A DNA stretch of 64,000 bases from an uncultured Bacteroidales bacterium (GTDB lineage: Bacteria > Bacteroidota > Bacteroidia > Bacteroidales > TTA-H9): the NCBI GenBank assembly GCA_964444785.1, contig CAYUII010000005.1:101500-165499 (forward strand). The letters are read 5' to 3'. Shown here piece after piece: positions 8,479-19,551 of the stretch. Position numbers and translations under genes: made by a program. Position 1 is the stretch's first letter. Every line of letters begins with the position of its first letter. The notes beneath the pieces are model-generated. The model made no database searches and had not been told where the DNA came from. It saw only the letters and a list, made by a program, of their open reading frames with translations.

Positions 8479-10206
8479 TTACAATTTTTCTGAAAGCATG
8501 CTATGTCTCTTACCAAATGTAAAGTAGATGACCAACCCAATTATCAGCCAAATGATAAATCGCATCCAGTTAACGATTCCGAGTTGGGCAATCAGATAGC
8601 CATTAGTAAGTAATCCTAAAACCGGTATTAAACTCCATTTTTTTATGATAGAGAGAAGCGTTAATCCTATTGCAAGAATAAGGAATATGAGTTCGGGGAG
8701 GTAGTGCTTCAATTCGTTCCATCTCAGATAGAATCTATTTCCATTTATCCATTGGGCTAAGAAATTGGCATTACCTGCAAAGTAATACAACGCAAAGATG
8801 GTGACTAAAAGAATAGGGGGTAACCAGAAGCGACAATTAAAGTAGGGCACAATAAATCCTCCAGCTTTATTTTTGAACCCTTTTCCATAAGGATCAAGAA
8901 TTAGGATACCTCCTGAGACCAATAGGAAAGCAAAGAGAGTTCCGATACTGGTTAAATCGGTTACTTCTGTGAGGTTGAGAAAAAGGGAAGGAACAGCAAC
9001 AATGACGCCTGTGATAATGGTTGAGAATCCAGGTGTTTTATATTTTGGATGGAGGGTGCTAAATTTTTTGGGAAGGAGGCCATCTCGACTCATACTCATC
9101 CAAATACGAGGCTGTCCATATTGAAAAACCAATAATACTCCGGCCATTGCAATGATTGCGCTCACAGAGATGATACCTGTAAGCCATTTAAGGTTTAAGA
9201 CCTCAAAGGCGTATGCCAGGGGGTCAGCAACCCCTAATTGTCCGGAAGGGATCATGCCAGTAAGAACTAAACTAATCATAACATAGATAGCTGTGGTAAT
9301 GATTAATGCATAGATCATGGCACGTGGAAGATCTCTTTTGGGGTTTTTAGCCTCTTCGGCTGTTGTTGAGATCGCATCAAATCCTATGTAGGCAAAGAAG
9401 ACCGCTGCAACTCCTGATAGTACCCCGGTGGCACCATTTGGGGCAAAGGGAATCCAATGGTCTGTGTTGATGAAAAATGCTCCTGTAATGATGACTAAAC
9501 CCAGAATGAGGAGTTTAATTAAAACCATGAGATTACCGGCGGTTCGGGTTTCTTTGACTCCCATGTAAACCAAGATGGTTATAAGAACTACAATACTAAA
9601 GGCGGGTATATCCGCAATCAATCTAATCCCGGCAATAGATGGAGCCGTAGTCCACGCAAGAAATGCTTCTTGTAACGATCGGCTAAGGTGTTCTAATGGC
9701 ATCCCTGCAGTTATTTGCTCAGTAGCCTCTTTGAATCCTCTCATAGCGGTTATGTAGTCTGTACACATCCAAGTAGGCAGGTTGATCCCCGTCCCATATA
9801 ACATAGTCGTAAAGTACTCTGACCATGAGATAGCAACAGCGATGTTACCAACTGAATATTCCATGATAAGATCCCACCCGATGATCCAGGCCATTAGCTC
9901 ACCAAAACTGGCATAGGCATAAGTGTAGGCTGAACCTGCAACTGGAATGGCAGAGGCAAATTGTGCGTATGCCAAGGCAGAGAATCCACAGGCGATAGCT
10001 GTAAAGATAAAGAGCAATGAGACGGCTGGTCCGCCAGCTGCCGCAGCATTGCCAATGGTACTGAATATTCCGGCTCCAACTATTGCAGCTATTCCTAATG
10101 CCGTCAGATCAACCACCCTTAACTCTCGTTTCATCCCATTCTCTGTTGAACTGTTATCGAGAATAGATGAGATGCTTTTCTTACGAAAGAGCTTGTTTTC
10201 TGCCAT
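8479..10206 (-). CDS. APC family amino acid permease
   Basis: LGIAAIVGAGIF, GSAYTYAY, FFAYIGFDAIST, GTLFAF; many TM helices. Confidence 0.92.
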   Translation of the reverse strand: MAENKLFRKKSISSILDNSSTENGMKRELRVVDLTALGIAAIVGAGIFSTIGNAAAAGGPAVSLLFIFTAIACGFSALAYAQFASAIPVAGSAYTYAYASFGELMAWIIGWDLIMEYSVGNIAVAISWSEYFTTMLYGTGINLPTWMCTDYITAMRGFKEATEQITAGMPLEHLSRSLQEAFLAWTTAPSIAGIRLIADIPAFSIVVLITILVYMGVKETRTAGNLMVLIKLLILGLVIITGAFFINTDHWIPFAPNGATGVLSGVAAVFFAYIGFDAISTTAEEAKNPKRDLPRAMIYALIITTAIYVMISLVLTGMIPSGQLGVADPLAYAFEVLNLKWLTGIISVSAIIAMAGVLLVFQYGQPRIWMSMSRDGLLPKKFSTLHPKYKTPGFSTIITGVIVAVPSLFLNLTEVTDLTSIGTLFAFLLVSGGILILDPYGKGFKNKAGGFIVPYFNCRFWLPPILLVTIFALYYFAGNANFLAQWINGNRFYLRWNELKHYLPELIFLILAIGLTLLSIIKKWSLIPVLGLLTNGYLIAQLGIVNWMRFIIWLIIGLVIYFTFGKRHSMLSEKL

Positions 10207-10268
10207 AGATAAGAGATTTTGCGGGGTAAATTTAATCTTATTTCACCATTTACCCCTTCCTCTCTTTC

Positions 10269-10925
10269 CTATTTAGGCGAAATCATAAAGATCTCTCTAA
10301 TAATTGGAGTTAGTCCGGCTACCATAAACTCAACGGCAATAACCATTACAATCAAACCCATGAGTTTCATCATAATCTTATTACCTGTCTCTCCTATAAT
10401 CCGCATTATTTTACCTGCACTCATCCATGATATTAGTGTTATTCCTATGGTTATTGCAATAGAGATGATTAAGATGACCTTCATAATCCAGTTTGATGCA
10501 TCTTCCATTAAAACAATGCTATTAGTGATAGCTCCAGGACCCGCAAGTATTGGAATGCCTAGTGGGGTTATAGAAATATCTTCGGCATAAGATTTTGCCT
10601 CTTTTTTGTTGATCTTCATGCGTGAGATACGGGCATTTAACATGTCATAGCCCATGATAAAGAAGATAACACCCCCGGCTATTCTGAACCCACTGGCTGA
10701 GATCCCGAAAACTTTAAAGAGAATCTGTCCGGTAAAGGCAAAGACAACCAAAACTATGAAGGCCATAAAGGTAGCTTTGTAAGCTGTTGCTCTTCTCTGG
10801 CGTTCATCGAGTTTAGAGGTCATTGACATGAAGACGGGGATAGATCCCAATGGATTGATAATTGAAAAATAGGATGTGAAAAAAAGCAAAAAAGTAGTAA
10901 AATAATCGTGTAGTTGAAGATTCAT
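10269..10925 (-). CDS. MarC family inner membrane protein
   Basis: FSIINPLGSIPVF, FRIAGGVIFF, ITPLGIPILAGPGAIT. Confidence 0.9.
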   Translation of the reverse strand: MNLQLHDYFTTFLLFFTSYFSIINPLGSIPVFMSMTSKLDERQRRATAYKATFMAFIVLVVFAFTGQILFKVFGISASGFRIAGGVIFFIMGYDMLNARISRMKINKKEAKSYAEDISITPLGIPILAGPGAITNSIVLMEDASNWIMKVILIISIAITIGITLISWMSAGKIMRIIGETGNKIMMKLMGLIVMVIAVEFMVAGLTPIIREIFMISPK

Positions 10926-10942
10926 TTGTGTACTATTTGATT

Positions 10943-10970
10943 AAAAAGAGGGCCGGTGGTTAACCGGCCC
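10943..10970 (-). terminator. Intrinsic terminator after ftcd
   Basis: GGGCCGGT-GGTTA-ACCGGCCC with a T-run on the minus strand. Confidence 0.7.
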
Positions 10971-10983
10971 GGGTTAAGCTATA

Positions 10984-12675
10984 TTAACCTATTATTTTAG
11001 CATTTACCATATCAAGTAACTCCTCTTCCATTCTTTTAGCTTGAGCTTCAATAGCTGCTCCACGACCAATGATATCGGAGGCAAAGGCTGTGTCAGATAA
11101 TCCGGAGGCATTGATTTTTACATTGAGATAGGCCCCTGAGACGGCTGCTTTAGCTGCTAAAGCACCTACACCGGCATCGGTAACTGAGTTGGGATTCCCA
11201 TTTTCTACCATAGCTGCCAATAACTCGAATGTTTCGAAGGCTTTTTCCATGGTTTTAAATGGAACTTCAGTGGCATAACGGGTTGCTGCCTGAATGGCTG
11301 CTTTCCTAGCTGCTTTCTCTGCATCCGTGTTCTTTGGTAACCCAAATGCATCCATTATCTTGTTGAAAGCGGCCGTGTCTTCATCAACCAGATGGAGTAA
11401 TTCATCTTTTAAAGCCTGACCCTTCTCTGCCCATTTTGAGAACTCCTCCCAACGCTGATCCCAACCTGCTTTATGACTGCTGAGATTAGCAACCATGGCA
11501 CCTAAGGCGGCGGCTAGAGCCCCCATATAGGCTGAGATTGATCCGCCTCCCGGAGCTGGCGATTCACTTGCTGTTTCATTGGCAAAACCAGTACAGGTCA
11601 TGTCAATCAACTTCTTGCTCTTGTTCTCTGCCGCTAGCATATACTCAATGATCTTCTCCTGAGGGTTGAATGGTTTGAGGTCATCAAGCCCCATAGATTT
11701 AACGGCAATTTTTATGATTTCATCCTCCGAGATCCCTAGTGATCTTTCTTGTTTAGCTAAGAAATACTTTCCAGTATCTATCAAAGTACGCTTTGGTACC
11801 AGCCCGACAATCTCTGTACCAGTAACTCTCATTCCCCGATCCATCGCTTTGCGAACGACCTCTTCAAATGCAATATGTAAAGGTGTTACAGAAATATTGG
11901 TGATATTCATGGATACCTGAGCAATACCATATTCATCGATAAACCAACCAATGGCTTTAGTGGCTTTTAACGTACCCGGTACCATGATAGGATTGCCATG
12001 CTCATCTTTCATGGCCTTACCGGTAATAGGATTACCCTCTCTTTTGGGTCTCCCTTTTTCCCTAACATCAAAGGCCACTGCGTTAGCACGACGTGTACTG
12101 GTTGTGTTTAGGTTGAAATTAACTGCTACAAGGAAGTCGCGAGCCCCAATAGCAATAGCACCTGTCTGAGGGACTAGTTTAGCTGGCCCAAAATCGGGTT
12201 TCCATTCTGGTTTGGCCAGCTTATCGGCTAGTCCTTCATATTCACCTGATCTGACAACGGCAAGGTTTCTGCGTTGTGGGCTAAGTGCTGCGCTCTCATA
12301 GCAATAAACAGGGAAATCGAGGTCTCTACCAACTCTTTCGGCCAGTTTATGGGCATATTCTACAGTCTCCTCCATAGTGATGTTAGCAACAGGTACCAAA
12401 GGACAAACATCGGTGGCTCCAAATCTTGGATGAGCCCCTTTATGCTTGGTCATATCGATCACCTCACAAGCCTTTTTGATTGCTCTATAGGCTGCCTCAA
12501 TTACTTCATCAGGGGTGCCAACAAAGGTTACAACCGTGCGGTTGGTAGCTTGTCCGGGGTCAACATCCAGAAGCTTTACTCCTTCTACGGTTTCAATTTG
12601 GTCGGTAATCTGCTTAATAATATTCATGTCGTTCCCTTCTGAAAAATTGGGAACACATTCAATTAGTTTTTTCAT
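10984..12675 (-). CDS. ftcd: Bifunctional glutamate formimidoyltransferase / formimidoyltetrahydrofolate cyclodeaminase
   Basis: MKKLIECVPNFSEG, HKGAHPRFGATDVCP, GARDFLVAVN, SPAPGGGS; ATG 12675 follows the TAnnTTTG box at 12749-12756. Confidence 0.95.
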   Translation of the reverse strand: MKKLIECVPNFSEGNDMNIIKQITDQIETVEGVKLLDVDPGQATNRTVVTFVGTPDEVIEAAYRAIKKACEVIDMTKHKGAHPRFGATDVCPLVPVANITMEETVEYAHKLAERVGRDLDFPVYCYESAALSPQRRNLAVVRSGEYEGLADKLAKPEWKPDFGPAKLVPQTGAIAIGARDFLVAVNFNLNTTSTRRANAVAFDVREKGRPKREGNPITGKAMKDEHGNPIMVPGTLKATKAIGWFIDEYGIAQVSMNITNISVTPLHIAFEEVVRKAMDRGMRVTGTEIVGLVPKRTLIDTGKYFLAKQERSLGISEDEIIKIAVKSMGLDDLKPFNPQEKIIEYMLAAENKSKKLIDMTCTGFANETASESPAPGGGSISAYMGALAAALGAMVANLSSHKAGWDQRWEEFSKWAEKGQALKDELLHLVDEDTAAFNKIMDAFGLPKNTDAEKAARKAAIQAATRYATEVPFKTMEKAFETFELLAAMVENGNPNSVTDAGVGALAAKAAVSGAYLNVKINASGLSDTAFASDIIGRGAAIEAQAKRMEEELLDMVNAKIIG

Positions 12676-12844
12676 TTGATATTGTTTTTTGCGGTAGCTT
12701 GGAATAGCCAAGAGGGATATTAGCAATGTTTATCACCCTTTTAGGCAACAAAGGTATGAACTTTTTAACATCTGATTTAGCCTAATACTCTCTTTAATTG
12801 GCCTTAATCAGAAGAAGCCCGCAACGAAAAAGAGCCGCAATGGC

Positions 12845-13987
12845 TTATTGTCTGCTGTGTGATATTTTAAGAAACTCGCCTCCAATAGAGAATGATTTTA
12901 GCTCTCCGGTTTTAGCTCTCCCGGTCTTTATTTGAAAATCAGCTTCTCTCTTAGAAGTAAGGCTCTCAAGTTTTTTCTCTGCAAACTTGATAAGGTTTGG
13001 AACTCTAAACCCGGTGTAGCCGCCACTCTTCTCTGTTTCTGGTTTTTGCGCAAGAAGGAGCGTGTTTTTCTTCTCCCTTAAACGCAAAGCAGAAATGATT
13101 GGGTTTTGGTAATCGTTTATAACCTGACGATTGGATACCTCAATGCTGGCAAGTTCTATAGGCTGAAGCATCGGAATAACAGATGAGTCTCGTTTTGATA
13201 CTTCGCTAGGTTGTTCTAAGTTATCTATTGATTTACTCTTTCGATGAACAATTGAAGCGGCGAGGGTATTTTTCCTCTGTTTCAAGGCTATATTGTCAAC
13301 TCCATCAGCTTTGGGTGAGTTTGTGGCTAACTGTTTTTCAATTAACTTATTGTCATTGTCTTTGAGAGCTATATCACTCTTCTCTTCTGGCGTTTCCATT
13401 TTCAGATTTGTTCCCTTAGAATACGGATTCAAAAGGGTCAAATCGGGTTGTTTTTGGCCATAGTTACTAGTTGATGGGCTGTTGGTTGAAAAGATCCAAA
13501 TGAGAGCTAGGCTTGCAGCTACTGCTGATAATGGGGCAAGCCATAAAATTCTTCTTCCTAAAACCCGACGTTTAAGGAGTGACTTATTCGGGAATTGTAC
13601 CCTTAAATCTGGCGCAAACCGGATCTTCCCATATAGGTCTAAATCATTTTTAAGACTTGGATTGGCTTCAATAAACTTTTTTAATTCTAGCTTCTCATGA
13701 TTGTCCAATAGTTTCTCATGGAAAGCGATAAAAGTTTCATCGTAGTTATCTATTGAAATAGATTCCGTAGAGATAACCTGATCCTTGTTTTTCTTAAGCT
13801 TGTCTTTTAGAGGGTATTTTTCGGAATCAAAAGAAAAAATAGGCTCCAGTTCAAGGTCTTCTATCTGGATATCCAGCTCCGGATGTTCTGATAAAAAATG
13901 CTCGACAAGAGCTTTTTCCTGCGACGAAAGGTTACCGTCAATATAGTCGGTAAGCCATGCTTCATAATTTTCCAGGTTAATACTCAT
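12845..13987 (-). CDS. Putative membrane anti-sigma factor with a duplicated N-terminal anti-sigma-like domain
   Basis: 5-nt gap after the ECF sigma; N-terminus NYEAWLTDYIDGNLS...FLSEHPEL repeated as NYDETFIAFHEKLL...FIEANPSL; single TM at ~aa 147-165. Confidence 0.7.
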   Translation of the reverse strand: MSINLENYEAWLTDYIDGNLSSQEKALVEHFLSEHPELDIQIEDLELEPIFSFDSEKYPLKDKLKKNKDQVISTESISIDNYDETFIAFHEKLLDNHEKLELKKFIEANPSLKNDLDLYGKIRFAPDLRVQFPNKSLLKRRVLGRRILWLAPLSAVAASLALIWIFSTNSPSTSNYGQKQPDLTLLNPYSKGTNLKMETPEEKSDIALKDNDNKLIEKQLATNSPKADGVDNIALKQRKNTLAASIVHRKSKSIDNLEQPSEVSKRDSSVIPMLQPIELASIEVSNRQVINDYQNPIISALRLREKKNTLLLAQKPETEKSGGYTGFRVPNLIKFAEKKLESLTSKREADFQIKTGRAKTGELKSFSIGGEFLKISHSRQ

Positions 13988-13992
13988 TGTTT

Positions 13993-14478
13993 TTAGATTG
14001 CATTTTCCGGTTTTACAATATACTTTTTCAGCGTGTTTCTTGCCCTGAAGATATATACCTTAACTTGAGATTCTGTCAAATCACATATTTGACCAATCTC
14101 CTCATAGCTGTATCCTTCATAGTCTCTTAGCAGGATAACGGAACGCTGGATCTCGGGTAATCGTTGCAGTGCCTCCTCTAATAACTTTTTTAGGCCGAGG
14201 TATTCTTTTTCACTTCCTGCAACGTCCAATGAGACTTGCTCTATAGAGCTCATTCTACTCTCTTTTCTAATGCTATCAATCATGATATGATAGGCAGAAG
14301 TAAAGAGATATGATTTTGACTTCTCCGCTTGTATATCGGCTGCCTTCTCCCACATCCTGGCAAATGCTTCCTGAACAATATCCTGAGCACGGTCGATATC
14401 GCGAAGATTTTTCGCAATGAACCGATAGACACTGTCGGCATGTTGATCAACGCAGGCGTTATACTCGCTTACAGTCAT
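13993..14478 (-). CDS. ECF RNA polymerase sigma factor
   Basis: Region 2 AQDIVQEAF, KSYLFTSAYH; region 4 LPEIQRSVILLRDYEGYSYEEIG...VKVYIFRAR. Confidence 0.93.
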   Translation of the reverse strand: MTVSEYNACVDQHADSVYRFIAKNLRDIDRAQDIVQEAFARMWEKAADIQAEKSKSYLFTSAYHIMIDSIRKESRMSSIEQVSLDVAGSEKEYLGLKKLLEEALQRLPEIQRSVILLRDYEGYSYEEIGQICDLTESQVKVYIFRARNTLKKYIVKPENAI

Positions 14479-14501
14479 GTGTTTAGGTCTTTCTTCTATG
14501 A

Positions 14502-14534
14502 TGTGACGAAGTTTATCACCCTTATGTTACAGCT
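14502..14534 (-). promoter_or_regulatory. ECF sigma-type (likely autoregulatory) promoter
   Basis: Minus strand AGCTGTAACAT-N15-CGTCACA, ~24 nt upstream of the sigma ATG and just downstream of the lepA terminator. Confidence 0.78.
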
Positions 14535-14539
14535 AAGGT

Positions 14540-14575
14540 AAAAAAAAGCGACCCCAAATATCATTGAGATCGCTT
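14540..14575 (-). terminator. Intrinsic terminator of lepA
   Basis: Minus strand AAGCGATCTCAA-TGATAT-TTGGGGTCGCTT followed by a T-tract. Confidence 0.75.
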
Positions 14576-14610
14576 ATAATATAAAGAGGGGGGTAATCTT
14601 TCCTGTATAA

Positions 14611-16398
14611 TTAATCGAGTTTAAGAACAGCAAGGAAGGCACTTTGGGGAACTTCTACGTTACCAATTTGGCGCATCCTCTTTTTACCTTTTTTCTGTTT
14701 CTCTAGTAGCTTACGTTTACGAGAGATATCTCCACCATAACATTTTGCTGTAACATCTTTTCTAACGGCCTTAATCGTTTCGCGAGCAATGATTTTAGCC
14801 CCGATTGCAGCCTGAATAGCGATGTCGAATTGCTGTCTGGGGATTAGCTCTTTGAGTTTCTCGCACATTCTTCTGCCGAAATTGTAGGCATTATCTCTGT
14901 GGAGGAGGGTGCTTAGGGCATCAACAGAATCACCATTAAGAAGAATGTCAAGCTTACTTAGCTTGGCCTCCTGGTATCCACTGACATGATAATCGAATGA
15001 GGCATAACCCTTAGAGATAGACTTGAGTTTGTCATAGAAGTCAAATACAATTTCCCCCAGAGGAATTTCAAAGACTAACTCGAGTCGATCGGTTGTGAGA
15101 TAAGTTTGGTTTTTTAAGATGCCACGTTTATCGATGCATAATTTCATAATCGCACCGACATAATCGGCCTTAGTGATGATATTGGCAGTGATAAAGGGTT
15201 CTTCTATATAGTCAATCAAGGTCTCGTCAGGTAATCCGGACGGATTGTGTACGTCGAATGACTCACCACTTGTGGTGTATACTTTATACGATACGTTCGG
15301 AACCGTAGTGATCACATCCATGTCAAACTCACGGTCAAGGCGTTCTTGGATGATCTCCATATGAAGTAGACCAAGGAAGCCACATCTGAAGCCAAAACCT
15401 AGAGCTGCGGAAGACTCTGGCTCGAAAACAAGGCTCGCATCGTTGAGCTGAAGTTTTTCGATAGAGGCACGTAACTCTTCATAATCGTCGGCTTCTACAG
15501 GATATATACCGGCAAAAACCATGGGTTTTACGTTTTCGAAGCCTTCGATTGCTTTGTGGCAAGGGTTTTCAACATGGGTGATGGTATCACCTACTTTAAC
15601 CTCTTTTGAGGTTTTAATACCAGAGATAATGTATCCAACATCTCCTGCTGAAAGCTGGTCTCGTTTCTCACGGGTAAGCTTCAAAATACCTATCTCATCT
15701 GCATGATACTCCTTTCCAGTAGCAACAAACTTTACGAAATCGTTCGTGTTAATGGTTCCGTTATATATTCTGAAATAGGCGATGATGCCTCTAAAGGAGT
15801 TAAAGACAGAGTCAAAAATTAAAGCTTGAAGCGGAGCCTCTGGGTCTCCTTTTGGGGCAGGAACACGATGAACAATAGCTTCAAGGATCTCTGGAATACC
15901 AAAACCGGTCTTGGCCGAAGCCAAGAGAATATCATCAGGGTCGCAACCGATTAAATCAACGATTTGCTCGGTTACCTCTTCGATCATTGCATTATCCATA
16001 TCCACTTTGTTCAGGACGGGAATGATCTCCAGGTCATGATCTAAGGCAAGATAAAGATTAGATATAGTTTGAGCTTGAATGCCCTGAGTTGCATCAACAA
16101 CCAATAAGGCTCCTTCACATGCGGCAATTGAACGTGATACCTCATAGGAGAAGTCTACATGGCCAGGGGTATCAATAAGATTAAGAACATAATTGGCTCC
16201 CTCATGAACATACTGCATTTGGATTGCATGACTCTTAATGGTGATTCCCCTTTCTCGTTCCAAATCCATATCATCCAGAACCTGTGCCTGAGCCTCTCGT
16301 TCGGTGATGGTTTTAGTGGTCTCCAGCAGCCTGTCGGCCAGAGTGCTTTTGCCGTGGTCGATATGGGCAATGATACAGAAATTACGGATATTCTTCAT
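14611..16398 (-). CDS. lepA: Translation elongation factor 4
   Basis: [59 protein letters not shown]. Confidence 0.98.
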   Translation of the reverse strand: MKNIRNFCIIAHIDHGKSTLADRLLETTKTITEREAQAQVLDDMDLERERGITIKSHAIQMQYVHEGANYVLNLIDTPGHVDFSYEVSRSIAACEGALLVVDATQGIQAQTISNLYLALDHDLEIIPVLNKVDMDNAMIEEVTEQIVDLIGCDPDDILLASAKTGFGIPEILEAIVHRVPAPKGDPEAPLQALIFDSVFNSFRGIIAYFRIYNGTINTNDFVKFVATGKEYHADEIGILKLTREKRDQLSAGDVGYIISGIKTSKEVKVGDTITHVENPCHKAIEGFENVKPMVFAGIYPVEADDYEELRASIEKLQLNDASLVFEPESSAALGFGFRCGFLGLLHMEIIQERLDREFDMDVITTVPNVSYKVYTTSGESFDVHNPSGLPDETLIDYIEEPFITANIITKADYVGAIMKLCIDKRGILKNQTYLTTDRLELVFEIPLGEIVFDFYDKLKSISKGYASFDYHVSGYQEAKLSKLDILLNGDSVDALSTLLHRDNAYNFGRRMCEKLKELIPRQQFDIAIQAAIGAKIIARETIKAVRKDVTAKCYGGDISRKRKLLEKQKKGKKRMRQIGNVEVPQSAFLAVLKLD

Positions 16399-16581
16399 AG
16401 CCTGCAAAGATAGTGAAAAAGACGATTATGTATTATATATCTTCATCATAAGCCAGTCGCAGACGAGGCTTCTAATAACTCGTATTGTGAGGCTTCTATT
16501 AGCGCTGTTTCACTTTTAGTTTCCCTTATTTTCTGTACTTTTGCACCCTTATAGTATCTCCACATAATATTCTGAAAAATA

Positions 16582-19218
16582 ATGAAAGAAATTGCCCCAA
16601 AATTTGATCCCGTCCTTGCCGAAGAACGGTGGTACAGTCACTGGATGCAGAAAGGTTATTTTAGGTCGGTTCCCGATGAAAGAGAACCGTATACTATTGT
16701 AATCCCTCCTCCTAACGTGACCGGGGTGTTGCATATGGGTCATATGCTTAATAATACCATTCAGGATATTTTGATTCGCCGCGCCCGTATGATGGGTAAG
16801 AATGCCCTATGGGTTCCTGGAACCGACCATGCTTCTATAGCTACTGAGGCCAAGGTAGTGGCTAAACTTAAAGCCGATGGTATCGAAAAAGCAGATCTTA
16901 GCCGTGAAGAGTTTCTTCATCATGCATGGCAATGGAAAGAAAAGCATGGTGGAATCATCCTTGAACAACTTAAGAAACTGGGCGCTTCATGCGACTGGGA
17001 ACGGACTGCCTTTACAATGGATGAGTCTCTTTATGAGTCTGTAATCCGTGTGTTCGTCGACCTTTATGACAAAGGTCTTATCTATCGTGGTGTCAGAATG
17101 GTTAACTGGGATCCGAAGGCTCTGACTGCCCTTTCTGATGAAGAGGTCATCTATAAAGAGGTTAATTCAAAGCTTTATTACCTCCGTTATAAAGTAGTTG
17201 ATTCAGATGATGAATGGGTAACCATTGCTACTACCCGTCCTGAAACCATTCTTGGCGATACTGCCGTTTGTGTACATCCGGAGGATGAAAGATATACTCA
17301 TCTCCATGGTAAGAGGGTTCTAGTTCCTCTGGTCAATAGACCTGTCCCCATCATAGTTGATGAGTATGTTGATCGTGAGTTTGGCACAGGATGTCTTAAA
17401 ATAACACCCGCTCACGATGTAAATGACTATAATCTTGGATTAAAGTATAAGTTAGAGACCATTGATATCTTTAATGATAACGGTACCCTCAGTCAAGCTG
17501 CTGGGATGTTTGTAGGTGAAGATAGATTTGATGTTCGCGAAAAAATCATCCCGGCTCTTGAACAAGCCGGTAATATGGTTAAGACCGAGGCCTATGTTAA
17601 CAAGGTAGGGTTCTCGGAAAGAACCGATGTCGTCATTGAGCCCAAACTCTCGTTGCAATGGTTCCTTGATATGAAACGTCTTAGTGAACCTGCTTTACGC
17701 GTTGTGATGGATGATACTATTGCTTTCCATCCGGCTAAGTTTAAAAACACCTATCGCCACTGGATGGAGAATGTCAGAGATTGGTGTATCTCTCGTCAAC
17801 TATGGTGGGGACAAAGAATTCCTGCTTATTATCTGCCTAATCGTGAGGTTGTAGTCGCTTTATCTTCTGAAGAGGCTCTGAAAAAGGCTCAACAGCTTTA
17901 TCCAGAGTTAGGCTTGACTTCTGCTTCCGAGTTAAAACAAGACGAAGATGTACTGGATACTTGGTTCTCTTCCTGGTTGTGGCCTATCTCGGTATTTGAC
18001 GGAATAAGAAACCCTGAAAATGCTGATATTAAATATTACTATCCGACAAATGATCTGATTACAGCCCCCGAGATCCTCTTCTTCTGGGTAGCCAGAATGA
18101 TTATGGCCGGCATAGAGTATCGTAACGATATTCCTTTTAAAAATGTCTATCTTACCGGCATCGTAAGAGATAAGCTTGGTCGGAAGATGTCGAAATCGCT
18201 AGGGAACTCTCCTGATCCTCTTGATCTGATTAAACAGTATGGGGCCGATGGAGTAAGAGTGGGTATGCTACTGACTTCACCTGCTGGAAATGACTTACCT
18301 TTTGATGACTCTCTCTGCGAACAGGGACGTAACTTCAGTAACAAAATCTGGAATGCACTTCGACTGGTTACAGGATGGAATGTTGATGTCAACCTTCCTC
18401 AACCCGAATATGCTCGAATCAGTATTGAATGGTTTGAAGCAAAGTTTAACCATGCGATGGTTCAGATTAATGAACACTTTGATCGATACAGACTCTCTGA
18501 TGCCCTAATGGCAGCTTATAAGCTGACCTGGGATGATTTCTGCTCATGGTATCTTGAGATGGTTAAGCCCGGTTATCAGCAGCCTATTGATGCCGTTACC
18601 TTTAATGCTACCGTTGACTTCTTCGGACGTATTCTTAGAATGCTTCATCCTTTTATGCCCTTCATCACGGAAGAGATGTGGCATCTATTATTTGAAAATA
18701 CCGATAAAGATATCATTGTTTCTGAATGGCCTGCTGTTGTTGCCGCAGATGAGACTCTTCTTCAGAAGTTTGAGTTTGCCGCAGAGGTCATTAATGCTAT
18801 TCGTGCCTTAAGACAGGATAAGGGCATCTCAAATAGAGATTCTATTGATCTTTTTATCAAAAAGAATGATGAGGCTTCTGACACTACTCTTGATTGTGTG
18901 GTTGTAAAGCTTTGCAATTTGAGCTCTGTAACCTATGTAAACGAGAAACCCGCTGGTGCACTCTCTCTTATTGTAAAATCTACAGAGTTTTATATTCCTG
19001 TCAGTGATAAAGTGGATGTAGCAGCAGAGCTGGAGCGCCTTGAAGCAGATCTTAAATATACCCGTGGGTTCCTTAATTCTGTAATGGGCAAACTGAATAA
19101 TGAGAAGTTTGTCAATGGAGCTCCTAAGTCGGTTGTTGATAATGAACTAAAAAAGAAGGCTGATGCTGAAGCCCGTATTAAAGTTCTGGAGGATCAGATA
19201 GCTACACTGAAAGGGTAA
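16582..19218 (+). CDS. valS: Valine--tRNA ligase
   Basis: [13 protein letters not shown] (HIGH), [17 protein letters not shown]-terminal coiled coil; TAnnTTTG box at 16536-16543. Confidence 0.98.
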   Translation: MKEIAPKFDPVLAEERWYSHWMQKGYFRSVPDEREPYTIVIPPPNVTGVLHMGHMLNNTIQDILIRRARMMGKNALWVPGTDHASIATEAKVVAKLKADGIEKADLSREEFLHHAWQWKEKHGGIILEQLKKLGASCDWERTAFTMDESLYESVIRVFVDLYDKGLIYRGVRMVNWDPKALTALSDEEVIYKEVNSKLYYLRYKVVDSDDEWVTIATTRPETILGDTAVCVHPEDERYTHLHGKRVLVPLVNRPVPIIVDEYVDREFGTGCLKITPAHDVNDYNLGLKYKLETIDIFNDNGTLSQAAGMFVGEDRFDVREKIIPALEQAGNMVKTEAYVNKVGFSERTDVVIEPKLSLQWFLDMKRLSEPALRVVMDDTIAFHPAKFKNTYRHWMENVRDWCISRQLWWGQRIPAYYLPNREVVVALSSEEALKKAQQLYPELGLTSASELKQDEDVLDTWFSSWLWPISVFDGIRNPENADIKYYYPTNDLITAPEILFFWVARMIMAGIEYRNDIPFKNVYLTGIVRDKLGRKMSKSLGNSPDPLDLIKQYGADGVRVGMLLTSPAGNDLPFDDSLCEQGRNFSNKIWNALRLVTGWNVDVNLPQPEYARISIEWFEAKFNHAMVQINEHFDRYRLSDALMAAYKLTWDDFCSWYLEMVKPGYQQPIDAVTFNATVDFFGRILRMLHPFMPFITEEMWHLLFENTDKDIIVSEWPAVVAADETLLQKFEFAAEVINAIRALRQDKGISNRDSIDLFIKKNDEASDTTLDCVVVKLCNLSSVTYVNEKPAGALSLIVKSTEFYIPVSDKVDVAAELERLEADLKYTRGFLNSVMGKLNNEKFVNGAPKSVVDNELKKKADAEARIKVLEDQIATLKG

Positions 19219-19269
19219 GATGTTTTTGCTTATCCTCTGAATGTAGGAGTACGTTCTGATTCTTGATTA

Positions 19270-19315
19270 AAATAAAAGACCTCTTTCGGATTTATCTGAG
19301 GAGGTCTTTTATTTT
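19270..19315 (+). terminator. Intrinsic terminator of valS
   Basis: AAAAGACCTC...GAGGTCTTTT followed by ATTTT. Confidence 0.75.
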
Positions 19316-19370
19316 CTAAACCCTTCCCTGAAGCTGATTTGTAATTATTTGTTAAATAGGGAATTTCCCA

Positions 19371-19460
19371 TAGCTCTCCGTATCCTCTCCATATCCTCTT
19401 CGATTATGAATGGATAAATTGGGAGTTGATATGGAGAGGGTAGGGAGAGGTAAGAGAGCC
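19371..19460. repeat. Intergenic inverted element B with exact 11-nt periodicity
   Basis: CTCTCCGTATC/CTCTCCATATC/CTCTTCGATTA, then GATATGGAGAG/GGTAGGGAGAG/GTAAGAGAGCC; 19437-19455 matches the reverse complement of 32166-32184 at 18/19 nt. Confidence 0.7.
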
Positions 19461-19551
19461 CAGCGGAATTCTTTGATAGGTTGACATGACTGGTTTTATA
19501 AATTATATTAGTGTTTTAGTGTTTTTTTGGTAAACTTTAACAGAGACAAGG

